DNA of 64,000 bases from Crocinitomicaceae bacterium (GTDB taxonomy: Bacteria > Bacteroidota > Bacteroidia > Flavobacteriales_D > Crocinitomicaceae), in NCBI GenBank assembly GCA_044358575.1, contig JBIKNN010000001.1, forward strand, positions 312,461-376,460. Reading direction: 5' to 3'. Of the stretch, positions 37,722 through 47,469 are shown piece after piece. Under the pieces are notes generated by a model. The model ran no database searches, had not been told where the DNA came from, and saw only the letters and a list, made by a program, of their open reading frames with translations. Position 1 is the stretch's first letter. Every line of letters starts with the position of its first letter. The position numbers and the translations under genes were made by a program.

Positions 37722-38492
37722 ATGACTACAAAAGAAGAAATTGTACATAATTGGCTTCCGCGTTATACTGGAAAAAAAATTGAAGATTTTGGTCAGTACA
37801 TTTTACTCACCAATTTCTCAGCATATGTTAACCTATTTGCAAAATGGAAAAATGTTGAAGTTGAAGGAATAGACCGGCCGATGCAATCTGCAACAAGCGA
37901 AGGAATCACCATCATTAATTTTAGTATGGGTAGCGCAATGGCGGCGACAATAATGGACTTATTATCTGCTATAGAACCTAAAGCAGTTTTGTTTTTAGGG
38001 AAATGTGGTGGATTAAAAAAGAAAAATGAAATTGGCGATCCCATATTACCAATTGCAGCGATTCGAGGTGAAGGTACTTCCAATGATTATTTTCCAGCGG
38101 AAGTTCCTGCCTTGCCATCTTTCAATCTTCAAAAAGCGATTTCTTCAACTATAAGAAGTAGCGGAAGAGATTATTGGACAGGAACAGTTTATACCACTAA
38201 TAGAAGGGTTTGGGAGCACGATGAAAAATTTAAAGAATATTTAAGAACAATAAGAGCCATGGCAATTGACATGGAAACAGCGACCATTTTTAGTGTTGGA
38301 TTCTTTAATGAAATTCCTGTTGGAGCATTGTTATTAGTAAGTGACCAACCGATGACGCCCGAAGGAGTGAAAACAGAAACAAGCGATGCAAATGTAAGTG
38401 CTAACTACTTATCTGACCATCTAAAAATAGGAATTGATTCCTTAAAAGAAATTCAAAATTCAGGAAATACAGTAAAACATTTGAAATTTTAA
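37722..38492 (+). CDS. Nucleoside phosphorylase-I family protein, short AMP nucleosidase-like
   Basis: It has a PNP_UDP_1-type core (GKCGGL, AIDMETATIF). The size and N-terminus resemble the short bacteroidete AMP nucleosidases. Confidence 0.65.
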   Translation: MTTKEEIVHNWLPRYTGKKIEDFGQYILLTNFSAYVNLFAKWKNVEVEGIDRPMQSATSEGITIINFSMGSAMAATIMDLLSAIEPKAVLFLGKCGGLKKKNEIGDPILPIAAIRGEGTSNDYFPAEVPALPSFNLQKAISSTIRSSGRDYWTGTVYTTNRRVWEHDEKFKEYLRTIRAMAIDMETATIFSVGFFNEIPVGALLLVSDQPMTPEGVKTETSDANVSANYLSDHLKIGIDSLKEIQNSGNTVKHLKF

Positions 38493-38507
38493 AGGCAAAG
38501 AAAAGAC

Positions 38508-39200
38508 CTATAGCTCTTCACTAAAAGTGTAGCCGACACCTTTAATTGTTCGGATAACTGAATCCCCCAATTTTTCTCTTAATTTTCGAATGTGAACATC
38601 AATTGTTCGTTCGCCAACAATTGTATCATTACCCCAAACTATCGAAAGAATTTGATCTCTGTTAAAAACCTTACCTGGGCGACTTGCGAGTAACTCTAAT
38701 AGTTCAAATTCTTTTTTTGGTAAGATTATAGATAAACCATCTACTTCTATTAAAAATTTTTCTCTGTCGATTTTTATTTTTTTAGAAGGTGAATCAACAT
38801 CGATTCTTTTTGTATTCTCAAACCTTCTTAACAAAGATTCTATTTTAGTAATCAATAAACGCGGGCGAATTGGTTTTGTGATATAATCATCAGCACCAGC
38901 TTCAAAACCTGCAATTTGAGCATAATCTTCTGCACGAGATGTTAAAAAAACAATAATGGGCTGCGCTAAATTTAAATCTTTTCGAATCATTTGACATGCT
39001 TCAATACCGTCTATTTTCGGCATCATCACATCTAAAATTATCAAGGATGGCATTATCTGCTGTGTTAATCGAACTCCCTCTTCTCCATTTGAAGCGGTAA
39101 ATACTTTGTAACCTTCTTTCCTAATCGTATAAGATAGAAATTCTAAAATATCTGGTTCGTCATCTACAAGTAAAATAGTATGCCCCCTTAAATTATCCAT
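38508..39200 (-). CDS. OmpR/PhoB-family response regulator (no cognate kinase adjacent)
   Basis: The receiver has ILLVDDEPDI and LIILDVMMPKIDG. The winged-helix output has REKFLIEVDG...LTKKEFELLELL...TIDVHIRKLREKL. Confidence 0.9.
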   Translation of the reverse strand: MDNLRGHTILLVDDEPDILEFLSYTIRKEGYKVFTASNGEEGVRLTQQIMPSLIILDVMMPKIDGIEACQMIRKDLNLAQPIIVFLTSRAEDYAQIAGFEAGADDYITKPIRPRLLITKIESLLRRFENTKRIDVDSPSKKIKIDREKFLIEVDGLSIILPKKEFELLELLASRPGKVFNRDQILSIVWGNDTIVGERTIDVHIRKLREKLGDSVIRTIKGVGYTFSEEL

Positions 39201-39209
39201 TCTTTTATT

Positions 39210-39244
39210 TTAAAAAAGGGCTGCCAAAACTTTTAACAGCCCTT
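39210..39244 (-). terminator. Strong hairpin / probable rho-independent terminator after the T9SS protein gene
   Basis: On the minus strand the stem is AAGGGCUG...CAGCCCUU (8 bp). It can be extended by 2 G-U and 3 A-U pairs around a triloop, and is followed by UUUU. It ends about 15 nt before the response-regulator ATG. Confidence 0.6.
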
Positions 39245-39256
39245 ACTATTTACTGT

Positions 39257-41824
39257 TTATTTTGCAACAATAAAGCTTTTTGTGAAGCTTGAATTTTGCC
39301 CTACAAAAAGTATTGAATACATGCCATTTGCTAAAGATGACACATTCATTGTTACAAAATTTTGATCTTCATCTTGAACATCTATTGTTTGAATGATTCT
39401 TCCAACTCGATCGCTTACAAGAAGTTTAAATGCTGATCCACTTTGATTTTCAAAAGCAACAACTAAACTTTCATTCGCAGGATTTGGATAAATCGTAATG
39501 TTATTTAATCCCATTAATTCTTCAATTCCAACTGTTATATTTACAGTAAGAAGAAGTGTATCAGTACAAGCACCATTGATTGCTGTTAAGATAACTGGAT
39601 ATGAACCATTTGAAATAAATGCATGACTTGGGCTAGTAGCAGAAGAATTCGTGAAATCTGAAAAATCCCAAGAGTAAGAAGATGCTCCAGTTGAAGTATT
39701 CGTAAATGTAACAACATTTCCGTTTGTTGAGAAAGAAGCTGCTGCAGAAGGAGAAGTTGTAAATGTAACTGTCGTTGGAACAGAATTACCTACACCATCA
39801 CAAGCATTGGAATTTGTAGTTATGACACTAAAGTTGCCAGATGCAGTTACTTGAATCGCTTGTGTTGTATCACCGTTAGACCATAAGTAAGCGTCTGCAG
39901 TTGAAGATGTTAAAGTTACTAATTCACCAGAGCAAGCTTGAGTTGAAGAAGCAGATACTGTAGGTATTGGAGCAGAACTTACATTTACAGAGGTTGCAGT
40001 AGATGTAGAAGAACATCCGTTGGTGTCTGTCACAGTTACTGAGTAAGTTCCAGAAGATGTAACTGTAATCGTTGGAGTTGTTGCAAATATAGTTGCTGAA
40101 ATCCAAACATTACCTGTTGTTGAACTAGAAGCTAAATCAACAGATCCACCTGTGCAGAATGATGTTGGGCCACTTGCAGAAATTATTGGAGTTGATGGGA
40201 GTGCATTAATAGTAACTGTTATTGCTACTCGTGGACTTTCATCATTATTAGAATTAGCTTGTGAAACGTAATAAGAGTATACTCCTGCTGTTGAAGTGCT
40301 CGGAACTGGTGCAGCTACCAATGGAGTTCCACCAGTTGGTAAATCATACCATTTCAAAGAATTACCATTAGAAGAAGTTGCTGATAAAATTGTAGCTGTT
40401 TCACCCTGACAATAAGTGTATGAATTTGTAGAAACAACTGGCGCAGCAACACTAAAGAATTTAGGATGTATAAATGCTGCACCTGAAGCTGCGGAAGAAC
40501 CACTAGACAAACGTGCATCTGGAGTTGTTCCAAGTGGCGTAAATAAATTTACCCACGATACTTGAGCTATAGATTGCGTTGAGTCATTTCCATCAGCACC
40601 CCAAAAAGAAGTATAGAAAGAACTTGTTGATGCAGCCCCACCGCTTGTACCGGCATTATAAATAGTATTTGTATTATTCGTGAAACCAGTAAGAACATTA
40701 TTAGAAAAAAGCAAAGTATCTCCATTTACATTATTTACAACTGGAGTCCCTTCGATTGATAATCCTTTTTCCCAACCTACAACAAGGGAATTAAAACATG
40801 AAACAGCCGTATTTCTTCTCAAACGAAACGCTTTTTCGAACTTCTCACCCACTGGAAGAACTATTGAACCATTTCCTTTAGGTCCAACTAATGTAACGTT
40901 AGAAAAAATAGCGGCAGTTTTTGGTTGACCAGCAGAACCTGCTGCATCATTATCTGATTCAAAACTATTAGAATCTCCAATTGCATCAGAAACATCTTTA
41001 TCACGGATTGATAAGGCAAACTGTATTTTTCCTCTGAAACCAAAGTCAGTATCAAAATCATCATCTAAACCTCTGTAGGCAATAAGATGCTTACAGTTAA
41101 CAGTTCCTCCAAACCATTCAAATGAATCATCCCCAGAATGAGAAACTTGAACAAAATCTATCGTTGTTGCAGATCCAACAGATCCACAAGTTAAACCATT
41201 AATCTCTTTGTTCGGTTCTAATGCAATACCAGCAAATTCAATTCGAACATATTTTATTGTGCCAGAATTATCGTTATCGAAACTTCCACCGTATTGTGTA
41301 TCAGTTGTTGGAACAATTCCTTCAATATTTGCTACACCACCCGGTTGATTGTTTCTTGCTAATCCTAAAAGTACAATTCCACCCCAATCTCCTTCATTCC
41401 TGTTGCCTATGCCTTCGTTAGATGTAAAAATAATTGGATTCGCTAAAGTTCCAATTGCATTTAATTTTGCTCCACGTGTAACGATTAATGAACCTTGTGT
41501 CGCTTTGTCACCACGAATAATTGTCCCTGGAGCAATTGTTAAAGTTGCAGAGTTTCTCACATATATTTTATTCTGTAATAAAATAACACCACTCCAAGTT
41601 GTACTTGTTGTAATGTCTGTTGAAACTGTAGTTGTTGCTGCTGGATAATCTGTATTTTCTGCATCAAAATTTGACCAGCCCGAGGTCCAATCTGATGCTG
41701 CAGTATTGTCCGTTACAGGAAATGCACCTTTGTAGGTTGTTGGTGTCCAAAATGCATCTTGAGCGTGTAGGTTAATCCCCAAGCTTAATACAAAGCTTGC
41801 TAAGTAAATGTTTTTCTTTTTCAT
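39257..41824 (-). CDS. Secreted protein with conserved ~450-aa N-terminal domain of unknown function, Ig-like/PKD repeats and T9SS type-A C-terminal sorting domain
   Basis: It has a signal peptide. The N-domain has a DDSFEWFGGTVNCKH / DDDFDTDFGFRG block. Thr/Ser-rich Ig-like repeats and one PKD signature (YSWDFSD) follow. The C-terminal ITIYPNPANESLVV...GMYSILF...FIVAK is typical of Por_Secre_tail. Confidence 0.8.
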   Translation of the reverse strand: MKKKNIYLASFVLSLGINLHAQDAFWTPTTYKGAFPVTDNTAASDWTSGWSNFDAENTDYPAATTTVSTDITTSTTWSGVILLQNKIYVRNSATLTIAPGTIIRGDKATQGSLIVTRGAKLNAIGTLANPIIFTSNEGIGNRNEGDWGGIVLLGLARNNQPGGVANIEGIVPTTDTQYGGSFDNDNSGTIKYVRIEFAGIALEPNKEINGLTCGSVGSATTIDFVQVSHSGDDSFEWFGGTVNCKHLIAYRGLDDDFDTDFGFRGKIQFALSIRDKDVSDAIGDSNSFESDNDAAGSAGQPKTAAIFSNVTLVGPKGNGSIVLPVGEKFEKAFRLRRNTAVSCFNSLVVGWEKGLSIEGTPVVNNVNGDTLLFSNNVLTGFTNNTNTIYNAGTSGGAASTSSFYTSFWGADGNDSTQSIAQVSWVNLFTPLGTTPDARLSSGSSAASGAAFIHPKFFSVAAPVVSTNSYTYCQGETATILSATSSNGNSLKWYDLPTGGTPLVAAPVPSTSTAGVYSYYVSQANSNNDESPRVAITVTINALPSTPIISASGPTSFCTGGSVDLASSSTTGNVWISATIFATTPTITVTSSGTYSVTVTDTNGCSSTSTATSVNVSSAPIPTVSASSTQACSGELVTLTSSTADAYLWSNGDTTQAIQVTASGNFSVITTNSNACDGVGNSVPTTVTFTTSPSAAASFSTNGNVVTFTNTSTGASSYSWDFSDFTNSSATSPSHAFISNGSYPVILTAINGACTDTLLLTVNITVGIEELMGLNNITIYPNPANESLVVAFENQSGSAFKLLVSDRVGRIIQTIDVQDEDQNFVTMNVSSLANGMYSILFVGQNSSFTKSFIVAK

Positions 41825-41955
41825 AATATTTTTTTTTTAGTTGGAACAAAATTCCACAGAAAAAGAAGTTGCCATGTTACACGATATTTAAATGTTCTTT
41901 AAGTTTAGGTTAAGAACTATCGGTATTTTGTTAACATTAGAAAAAGTGGGGGTTA

Positions 41956-44802
41956 TTAGAAATTGTATTTTAATGACATAGAAACAGTTTGCCCAAACGT
42001 TATTTCTTGCCAAGCACTGTCAGTGCCTTTATCATACTTCTTGTTTTTATTTATATCTTGGAAATAGATTAAATCTTGTGCAAGTAAATCCTTAACATTT
42101 AATTTTAATTCTAATTTTTTCTTAAACATTTTGGAAATCTGAAAGTCAATTACATTTCTACCATTCTCCCAAACACTAGGTTCTTGGATACTACCAGCAA
42201 TAGCAATTCGTTGACCAACTATATTATAAGACAAACTAAAATTAACATCCTTAGGAGCTGAATAATAAATACCCGCATTAATAATATAAGGAGATTGGCC
42301 TTGCAATGGTCTTGCGGAATTAGTATATTCTGCTTGACCTGCATACATACTTAAATCTACACTAGAACGAATAATTGAAGCATTTGCATAAAGTGTTATA
42401 TCCTTTAAGAACGAAGTTGAATCCTTAGAATTTAAAAATCCAAGATTCATTCTGTATTCAAATTCAGCTCCATAATTCTTAGTATTTCCAACATTGTCAT
42501 AATAAAGTTCTGGTGTTCCAGATGTTCCAGTTCGTAAAATCAATTCAATTGGATTGGTAAACTGCTTGTAGAATGCCGAGACACTAAAAATTTGTCCAGC
42601 ACCAGGAAAAAATTCAAATCTAGCATCATAATTATTAATAGATGCTCGCTTTAATGTGGGGTCTCCTGATGTTAAATTATCATTCAAGAAATTGTAAAAG
42701 GAAAATGGCGCTAACTCTCTAAATTCAGGTCGAGAAACTGTTTTTGACGCACTCAAACGAAAATTTATTTTATTCGTAAGAGAATAAATTAAATTCACGG
42801 AAGGTAAAATATCTACAACAGTTGTATCAATATTTTGCTGAAGATTAGAACCAAATTCTATGTATTTAAAATTCTGATGATACGACTCTAAACGCGCGCC
42901 ACCGACAATTCTAAACTTTTCAGTAATTTTTGTATCAAACATAGCATAAGCAGCATTTAATAAAGAAAATGCTTGATAACTGTCATCTACATTTGTTCCT
43001 TCTTCTAATTTAAAACCACCTTGACCATCCGCCATTAAACCTAAATTTGAATTTGAAAAGATTTGGTCTTCAGGTAATAATAATAATTGACTATTAAAAC
43101 TTGAGTTCCCTGCTGGATCGTATTTGGAAAAACCTAAATTTCTCGATTCAAAAGAACGCGTTCGGTATTGATGCATCCCCCCAATTTTTAGTTCCGTCTT
43201 TGTATTCAAGAACTCAAGAGGAATAGAAAGATCGTATTTCGAACTTACTATTTTTTCATTTAGCAGCGACCAAAACATATTTCCAGCACCAAGAGTTGAA
43301 ATATCATTATTTTGTATCACTGCAGCAAATGGAAGTGCTGTATCTGATTGCTGATAAACAGTTCTTCTTAGGAAAGGTATTTCACGTTTCACATCACTAA
43401 TACCAGCTATCCATTTAAATTTTATTTTATTTTTAAATTCATGATTGCCAAGTAATTGAGAGCTCAGAAGCTTATTTTGAGTGTACCAAATATTTGTAGA
43501 TTTCTCAGAGAAAACTGATTCAACATCCATGTCTCGCTTACCATTTCGAATATTCACTTTGTCATCTGAGGAAAGCGAATAAAGTGTTTTTAATTGAAGG
43601 GAATTATTTTTGTTTAGCTTGAATTTCATATTAAACATCGCACTATTTAATACAGACTGAGTAAATGCTGAATCTTTTAATTCATTTTTAGTGATAACTC
43701 CTGCTGTTGACTCTTCAAATTCTCTTCGTATAAGTTTATTAAAACTCATGTTACTTTGGTAATTGTAAGCAAATACATATCCGAAATTTCTCTCCTCAGT
43801 TAACTTAATTGTTTTCCCGATGCTGTATTGCAAATTTAGATTTGGTAAAGCCACACGATTATATGTCCCCCAACTATTTGGAATTGATTTCGCATACTCG
43901 GCTTTTTGAAGAGCGGAAAGATTATTAAATTCTTCTGTTGATGGTAAACCAGATGGAAGTGCCCTAGAAGAAGAACTAAAACCCAAAAAGTCTGTTTTGC
44001 TTCCATCGTATGTTTTAAAATCTTTAAAAGTTGTAATTAGATTGTAAGAACTTCCTATTTGGATACTTTGAAAATCATTTTCCTTGGGTTCAGTTGTATT
44101 AATATCAATTACACCGCCAGCAAATTCTCCAGGTAAATCGGGTGTTGCTGTCTTAATAATCACTAAATTATCTAACATGTTTGAAGGGAAAATATCAAAA
44201 GAGAAGGCCTTTCGATCGCTTTCAGAACTTGGCAAAGGGGCACCATTAATTAAGGCAAAATTGTAACGATCACTTAAGCCCCTTACAACAACAAATTTAT
44301 TATCCTGAACACTTGCTCCACTAATTCTTTTTAAAACATCTGAAGCTTTTGAATCGGGAGTCTTTTTAAATGTCTCTGATGAAATTCCATCTACAACCGT
44401 TGCGCTATTTCTTTGTAGTCGTAATATTTCAGTTGTTGATTCTCTGCTAACTTTTGCTTTGACAGTAACAGGGCCTAATTCTAAAACAACTTTATCTAAA
44501 GGAATATTTAAAACCAAATTCTCGTTTTCTTTTAGTTTTATTTCCGTTAATATTAGGTTGTTGTATGTTTCATTTCTAGCCTCTAATATGTAAGTTCCTG
44601 AGCTCAAACCTTTCAAAGAATAATTCCCGTCGCCATCTGTTACAGCACCTTTTCCAAGTCCTTGAAGAATTACTTTAGCACCAAATAAAGCTTCATTGGT
44701 TTTAGAATCGGTTATTTTTCCACTTAAGGAAGCATTTTGAGAAAATGTATAAGAAATTAAAATACAAGTAAATAGAAGGGTAAAAAAAGATTTATAGTGC
44801 AT
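41956..44802 (-). CDS. TonB-dependent receptor with N-terminal carboxypeptidase-regulatory-like domain
   Basis: LSGKITDSKTNEALFGAKV matches CarbopepD_reg. The plug has VVRGLSDRYN. A long beta-barrel ends in the aromatic terminus SLKYNF. There is no adjacent SusD-like gene. Confidence 0.9.
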   Translation of the reverse strand: MHYKSFFTLLFTCILISYTFSQNASLSGKITDSKTNEALFGAKVILQGLGKGAVTDGDGNYSLKGLSSGTYILEARNETYNNLILTEIKLKENENLVLNIPLDKVVLELGPVTVKAKVSRESTTEILRLQRNSATVVDGISSETFKKTPDSKASDVLKRISGASVQDNKFVVVRGLSDRYNFALINGAPLPSSESDRKAFSFDIFPSNMLDNLVIIKTATPDLPGEFAGGVIDINTTEPKENDFQSIQIGSSYNLITTFKDFKTYDGSKTDFLGFSSSSRALPSGLPSTEEFNNLSALQKAEYAKSIPNSWGTYNRVALPNLNLQYSIGKTIKLTEERNFGYVFAYNYQSNMSFNKLIRREFEESTAGVITKNELKDSAFTQSVLNSAMFNMKFKLNKNNSLQLKTLYSLSSDDKVNIRNGKRDMDVESVFSEKSTNIWYTQNKLLSSQLLGNHEFKNKIKFKWIAGISDVKREIPFLRRTVYQQSDTALPFAAVIQNNDISTLGAGNMFWSLLNEKIVSSKYDLSIPLEFLNTKTELKIGGMHQYRTRSFESRNLGFSKYDPAGNSSFNSQLLLLPEDQIFSNSNLGLMADGQGGFKLEEGTNVDDSYQAFSLLNAAYAMFDTKITEKFRIVGGARLESYHQNFKYIEFGSNLQQNIDTTVVDILPSVNLIYSLTNKINFRLSASKTVSRPEFRELAPFSFYNFLNDNLTSGDPTLKRASINNYDARFEFFPGAGQIFSVSAFYKQFTNPIELILRTGTSGTPELYYDNVGNTKNYGAEFEYRMNLGFLNSKDSTSFLKDITLYANASIIRSSVDLSMYAGQAEYTNSARPLQGQSPYIINAGIYYSAPKDVNFSLSYNIVGQRIAIAGSIQEPSVWENGRNVIDFQISKMFKKKLELKLNVKDLLAQDLIYFQDINKNKKYDKGTDSAWQEITFGQTVSMSLKYNF

Positions 44803-45093
44803 AAGAAAGGAATATTAAAATTCTATGCAAAGAAACTACCTTATCGTAATGCTAAAATTAAAATAATGTTAAGGTTATATTAAGGAATTATTTAACCTTG
44901 GTAATATTAAAATAATCTAGAGTCTAAAAAACATCCTTTTTAGTTATTTTTTTTCAGCATTGCTTAAGCTAAATTCAAATAGAATAATAAATGCCAAAAC
45001 ATAAAATCACTAATTTTAAGGGATTTTTTAATGTTTTAACACAAAACGTTGAGGAATCAACTAACTATCTTTACCAAAATTATCTTACTATAA

Positions 45094-46110
45094 ATGTCCT
45101 ATTTAAATCTTTTATTTTTATCGCTATCAATTTTATGTTATTCAACTTCTTACTCCCAAAACAAAGTAGTATTTATTGAAGGTGAAGCACAAGGAACAAC
45201 TTATCACATTACCTATTACGACAAGCAAGATCGAAATTTTGAAGATGAAATTTCAAAACTCTTATTTGAATTTAATTTATCACTTTCAACTTACAATCCA
45301 AATTCTATTATTTCTAAAATAAATAATAATGAAAAAGATGTTGTGCTTGATGACTATTTTCTAAGATGTTTTAAAAAAGGGAAAGAGTTATGGAAGAATA
45401 CAAATGGGGCATTTGACCCAACCGTATATCCATTGGTAAATGCGTGGGGATTTGGACCAAAGAAAAAAATTGAGGTTACAAAAGAAAAAATAGACAGTAT
45501 TTTAGCATTTGTCGGTTTTGATTTAATCAACATTAAAGAAGGAAAAATAGTAAAAACGGATCCCAGAGTTTCACTTGATTTTAATGCTTTTGCTCAAGGA
45601 TATTCTGTTGATATTATTCGGCAATTTTTTAATTCTAAGAATATTGACTCCTACATCATTGAAATTGGTGGAGAAGTTTATGCAAAAGGACTAAACGACA
45701 AAGATTCTTGGTTAGTTGGGATAGAAATTCCTATTGCCAATCAAAAAAGTTTAAATTCTTATCATACAATTGTAAAACTTGAAAATAAAGCGATTGCAAC
45801 TTCTGGAAATTATAGGCGCTATATTATAGAAAATGGCGAAAAAATAGTTCATCATATCGACCCTAAAACTGGATATCCAACAAAAAACAATTTACTAAGT
45901 GTTACAATTATTTCAGACTCATGTATTATTTCAGATGCAACTGCAACAGGGATTTTGGTTATGGGATTGAGAAAAGCAAGGAAATACCTCAAAAAACATA
46001 AGGAAATTGAGGCTTTAATAATTTACATGGATAGGAGAGGAATCTATAAAACTTTCCTTTCAGATGGTTTTAAAAAGTTTATTGTTAGCAGAGAAAAATC
46101 AAGTGCTTAA
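45094..46110 (+). CDS. apbE: FAD:protein FMN transferase (ApbE family)
   Basis: It has a signal sequence. FDPTVYPLVNAWGFG, the DxNAFAQGY-like segment, ATSGNYRRY and HHIDPKTGYP are ApbE hallmarks. Confidence 0.88.
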   Translation: MSYLNLLFLSLSILCYSTSYSQNKVVFIEGEAQGTTYHITYYDKQDRNFEDEISKLLFEFNLSLSTYNPNSIISKINNNEKDVVLDDYFLRCFKKGKELWKNTNGAFDPTVYPLVNAWGFGPKKKIEVTKEKIDSILAFVGFDLINIKEGKIVKTDPRVSLDFNAFAQGYSVDIIRQFFNSKNIDSYIIEIGGEVYAKGLNDKDSWLVGIEIPIANQKSLNSYHTIVKLENKAIATSGNYRRYIIENGEKIVHHIDPKTGYPTKNNLLSVTIISDSCIISDATATGILVMGLRKARKYLKKHKEIEALIIYMDRRGIYKTFLSDGFKKFIVSREKSSA

Positions 46111-46144
46111 TTACTTCTGGAGAAGAAATTGAAAATAGTTAAGC

Positions 46145-46717
46145 TTAATCTTTCTTTTCAGGATTTTCAATAATTTCTGCATTTAAAGGATTCCATGTAA
46201 GTGAAATCACATCAAAATTAGCATCTGCTGCTGGAGACTGTGCATCGGCATTTGGACCTTTCACAAATGAAAAAGACCTAACTACTGTTCCATTTGCACT
46301 GTGATTCCAAGTCTCTTCAATGGAAATTTTATAAATACCATCAGGGAGAAGATTCCCATTAACATCAGTTCCATCCCATGTAACAGATCTATTACCAAAA
46401 CTTGCTAAAGTCGCACCAGTGGTTGCACTAACAACATTGCAGTTTGGAGCAATTGCATTTGATGCAGCACCACCTGAATTAACCGCCCAAGTTTGTAAAT
46501 GATCTCTTGTAACCGAGCCAACATTTCTAGATATTGTTTTTACAAATTGACCTAAATCTGATTGAATCCAAACCGCAAGAACGTGTTTACCATAATTATT
46601 ATACGTTGCAGAAGCTGGTTTACTTACTTCATTAAAACTAAATGATAATGTCCCTGCTGTTTGTGCTATTCCAGAAAATGTAAATCCTAATGAGATAATA
46701 AATGCGATTTTTTTCAT
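46145..46717 (-). CDS. Secreted DUF2271-like protein with candidate ApbE flavinylation site (TGAT)
   Basis: It has a signal peptide. HVLAVWIQ...VSATTGATLASFGNRSVTWDGTDVNGNLLPDGIYKISIEE follows the DUF2271 pattern I remember (xVWIE...SGATRxPG...WDGxD..G..v..G.Y.l.vE). T100-G-A-T103 is encoded at 46409..46420. Confidence 0.7.
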   Translation of the reverse strand: MKKIAFIISLGFTFSGIAQTAGTLSFSFNEVSKPASATYNNYGKHVLAVWIQSDLGQFVKTISRNVGSVTRDHLQTWAVNSGGAASNAIAPNCNVVSATTGATLASFGNRSVTWDGTDVNGNLLPDGIYKISIEETWNHSANGTVVRSFSFVKGPNADAQSPAADANFDVISLTWNPLNAEIIENPEKKD

Positions 46718-46738
46718 GTTTTATTATTTTAAATTTAA

Positions 46739-47083
46739 TTAATTATTTTTTTTGCCTTGATTTATCCAGCATTCTACACGTTGAATAACACTGTCTGGCA
46801 ATGCATATCCAATATTAAAGCCATCTCTTGGCATCAACTTATAACCACTATTTCTCATTGCACCAATAATTGCAGAAGAATTAGATGAAATATTTGCATG
46901 ATTTGTAAAAGAATAACCATTCTGATTGTCATGACAGCCTGCACAATTATTCTGAATGAGTGGTAGAATTTCATCGTTAAAAGAAACCGTATCTGAACAA
47001 TTAGCATCTGCATAAAATTCAGCTTTATCTTTTTTGCAACTACAAAAAATTAATAGAGAAAGTATAAATATGCTAGATTTCAT
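46739..47083 (-). CDS. Small lipoprotein with a single c-type heme-binding motif (CAGCH)
   Basis: A lipobox is present (LIFCSCK). FNDEILPLIQNNCAGCHDN ... MP ... WINQG resembles the small haem-binding / PSCyt-like domains. The protein is 114 aa. Confidence 0.6.
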   Translation of the reverse strand: MKSSIFILSLLIFCSCKKDKAEFYADANCSDTVSFNDEILPLIQNNCAGCHDNQNGYSFTNHANISSNSSAIIGAMRNSGYKLMPRDGFNIGYALPDSVIQRVECWINQGKKNN

Positions 47084-47468
47084 TTTTTTTGATTAGTGGT
47101 GAAAGGGCTAGCCAAAAAAGTGGAAAAATAAAGTACAAAGGAATTACAAATCCAGGATAAAATTCAGTCATTTCTAATGTCTCTGGAAAATCTTCCTTCA
47201 TTATTGGAAATAGAATGCTACTTAGAGTTGCAAAAACAAGAACTATATTAAATATGATAGTGCCGAATTTTTGTGCTAATCGATTACTGAGAAAACATAA
47301 ACCGGATACGCTTAGTCCTAGAGTAAAATAAGTTGCTATAATTTTCCAAAGAGGAAGTATCAGAGAAAAGTTTGCCATTTCCTCATAGTATTTTGTCACA
47401 TAAACAGCTGCTCCGAGAGATGAAATTAAGGAAACTACTAAACCCAAAAGAAAATAGGACTTAAACAT
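47073..47468 (-). CDS. Hypothetical 4-TM membrane protein
   Basis: Four hydrophobic helices are visible and the protein contains no His. It is translationally packed between the YceI and heme-lipoprotein genes. Confidence 0.5.
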   Translation of the reverse strand: MFKSYFLLGLVVSLISSLGAAVYVTKYYEEMANFSLILPLWKIIATYFTLGLSVSGLCFLSNRLAQKFGTIIFNIVLVFATLSSILFPIMKEDFPETLEMTEFYPGFVIPLYFIFPLFWLALSPLIKKNEI

Positions 47469-47469
47469 G

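Noticed and set aside
23113-44266. Antisense or nested ORFs within thyA, crtI, crtB, photolyase, FKBP, priA, rpoD, lysS, the nucleosidase, the T9SS protein and the TBDR (for example 23113..23301, 24626..24829, 25672..25944, 27163..27372, 28296..28547, 29694..30014, 33334..33612, 34838..35029, 35514..35720, 36428..36610, 37221..37676, 37793..38083, 39924..40106, 40680..41648, 44084..44266)
   Set aside because: All are contained in or overlap stronger genes, and I saw no independent evidence for any of them. 28296..28547 is a same-strand alternate frame inside the photolyase FAD domain.
44803-45093. Possible riboswitch (for example cobalamin) or leader in the 291-bp region between the TonB-dependent receptor and apbE
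   Set aside because: Reading both strands, I found none of the conserved GC-rich cores, such as the B12-box-like GCCACTG. Only a 6-bp AAGGTT/AACCTT stem is present. The sequence is plain AT-rich spacer.
44991-45179. 62-aa ORF overlapping the apbE start in another frame
   Set aside because: It is low-complexity. It overlaps the ApbE signal-peptide region, and the ApbE frame continues for 338 aa with family motifs.
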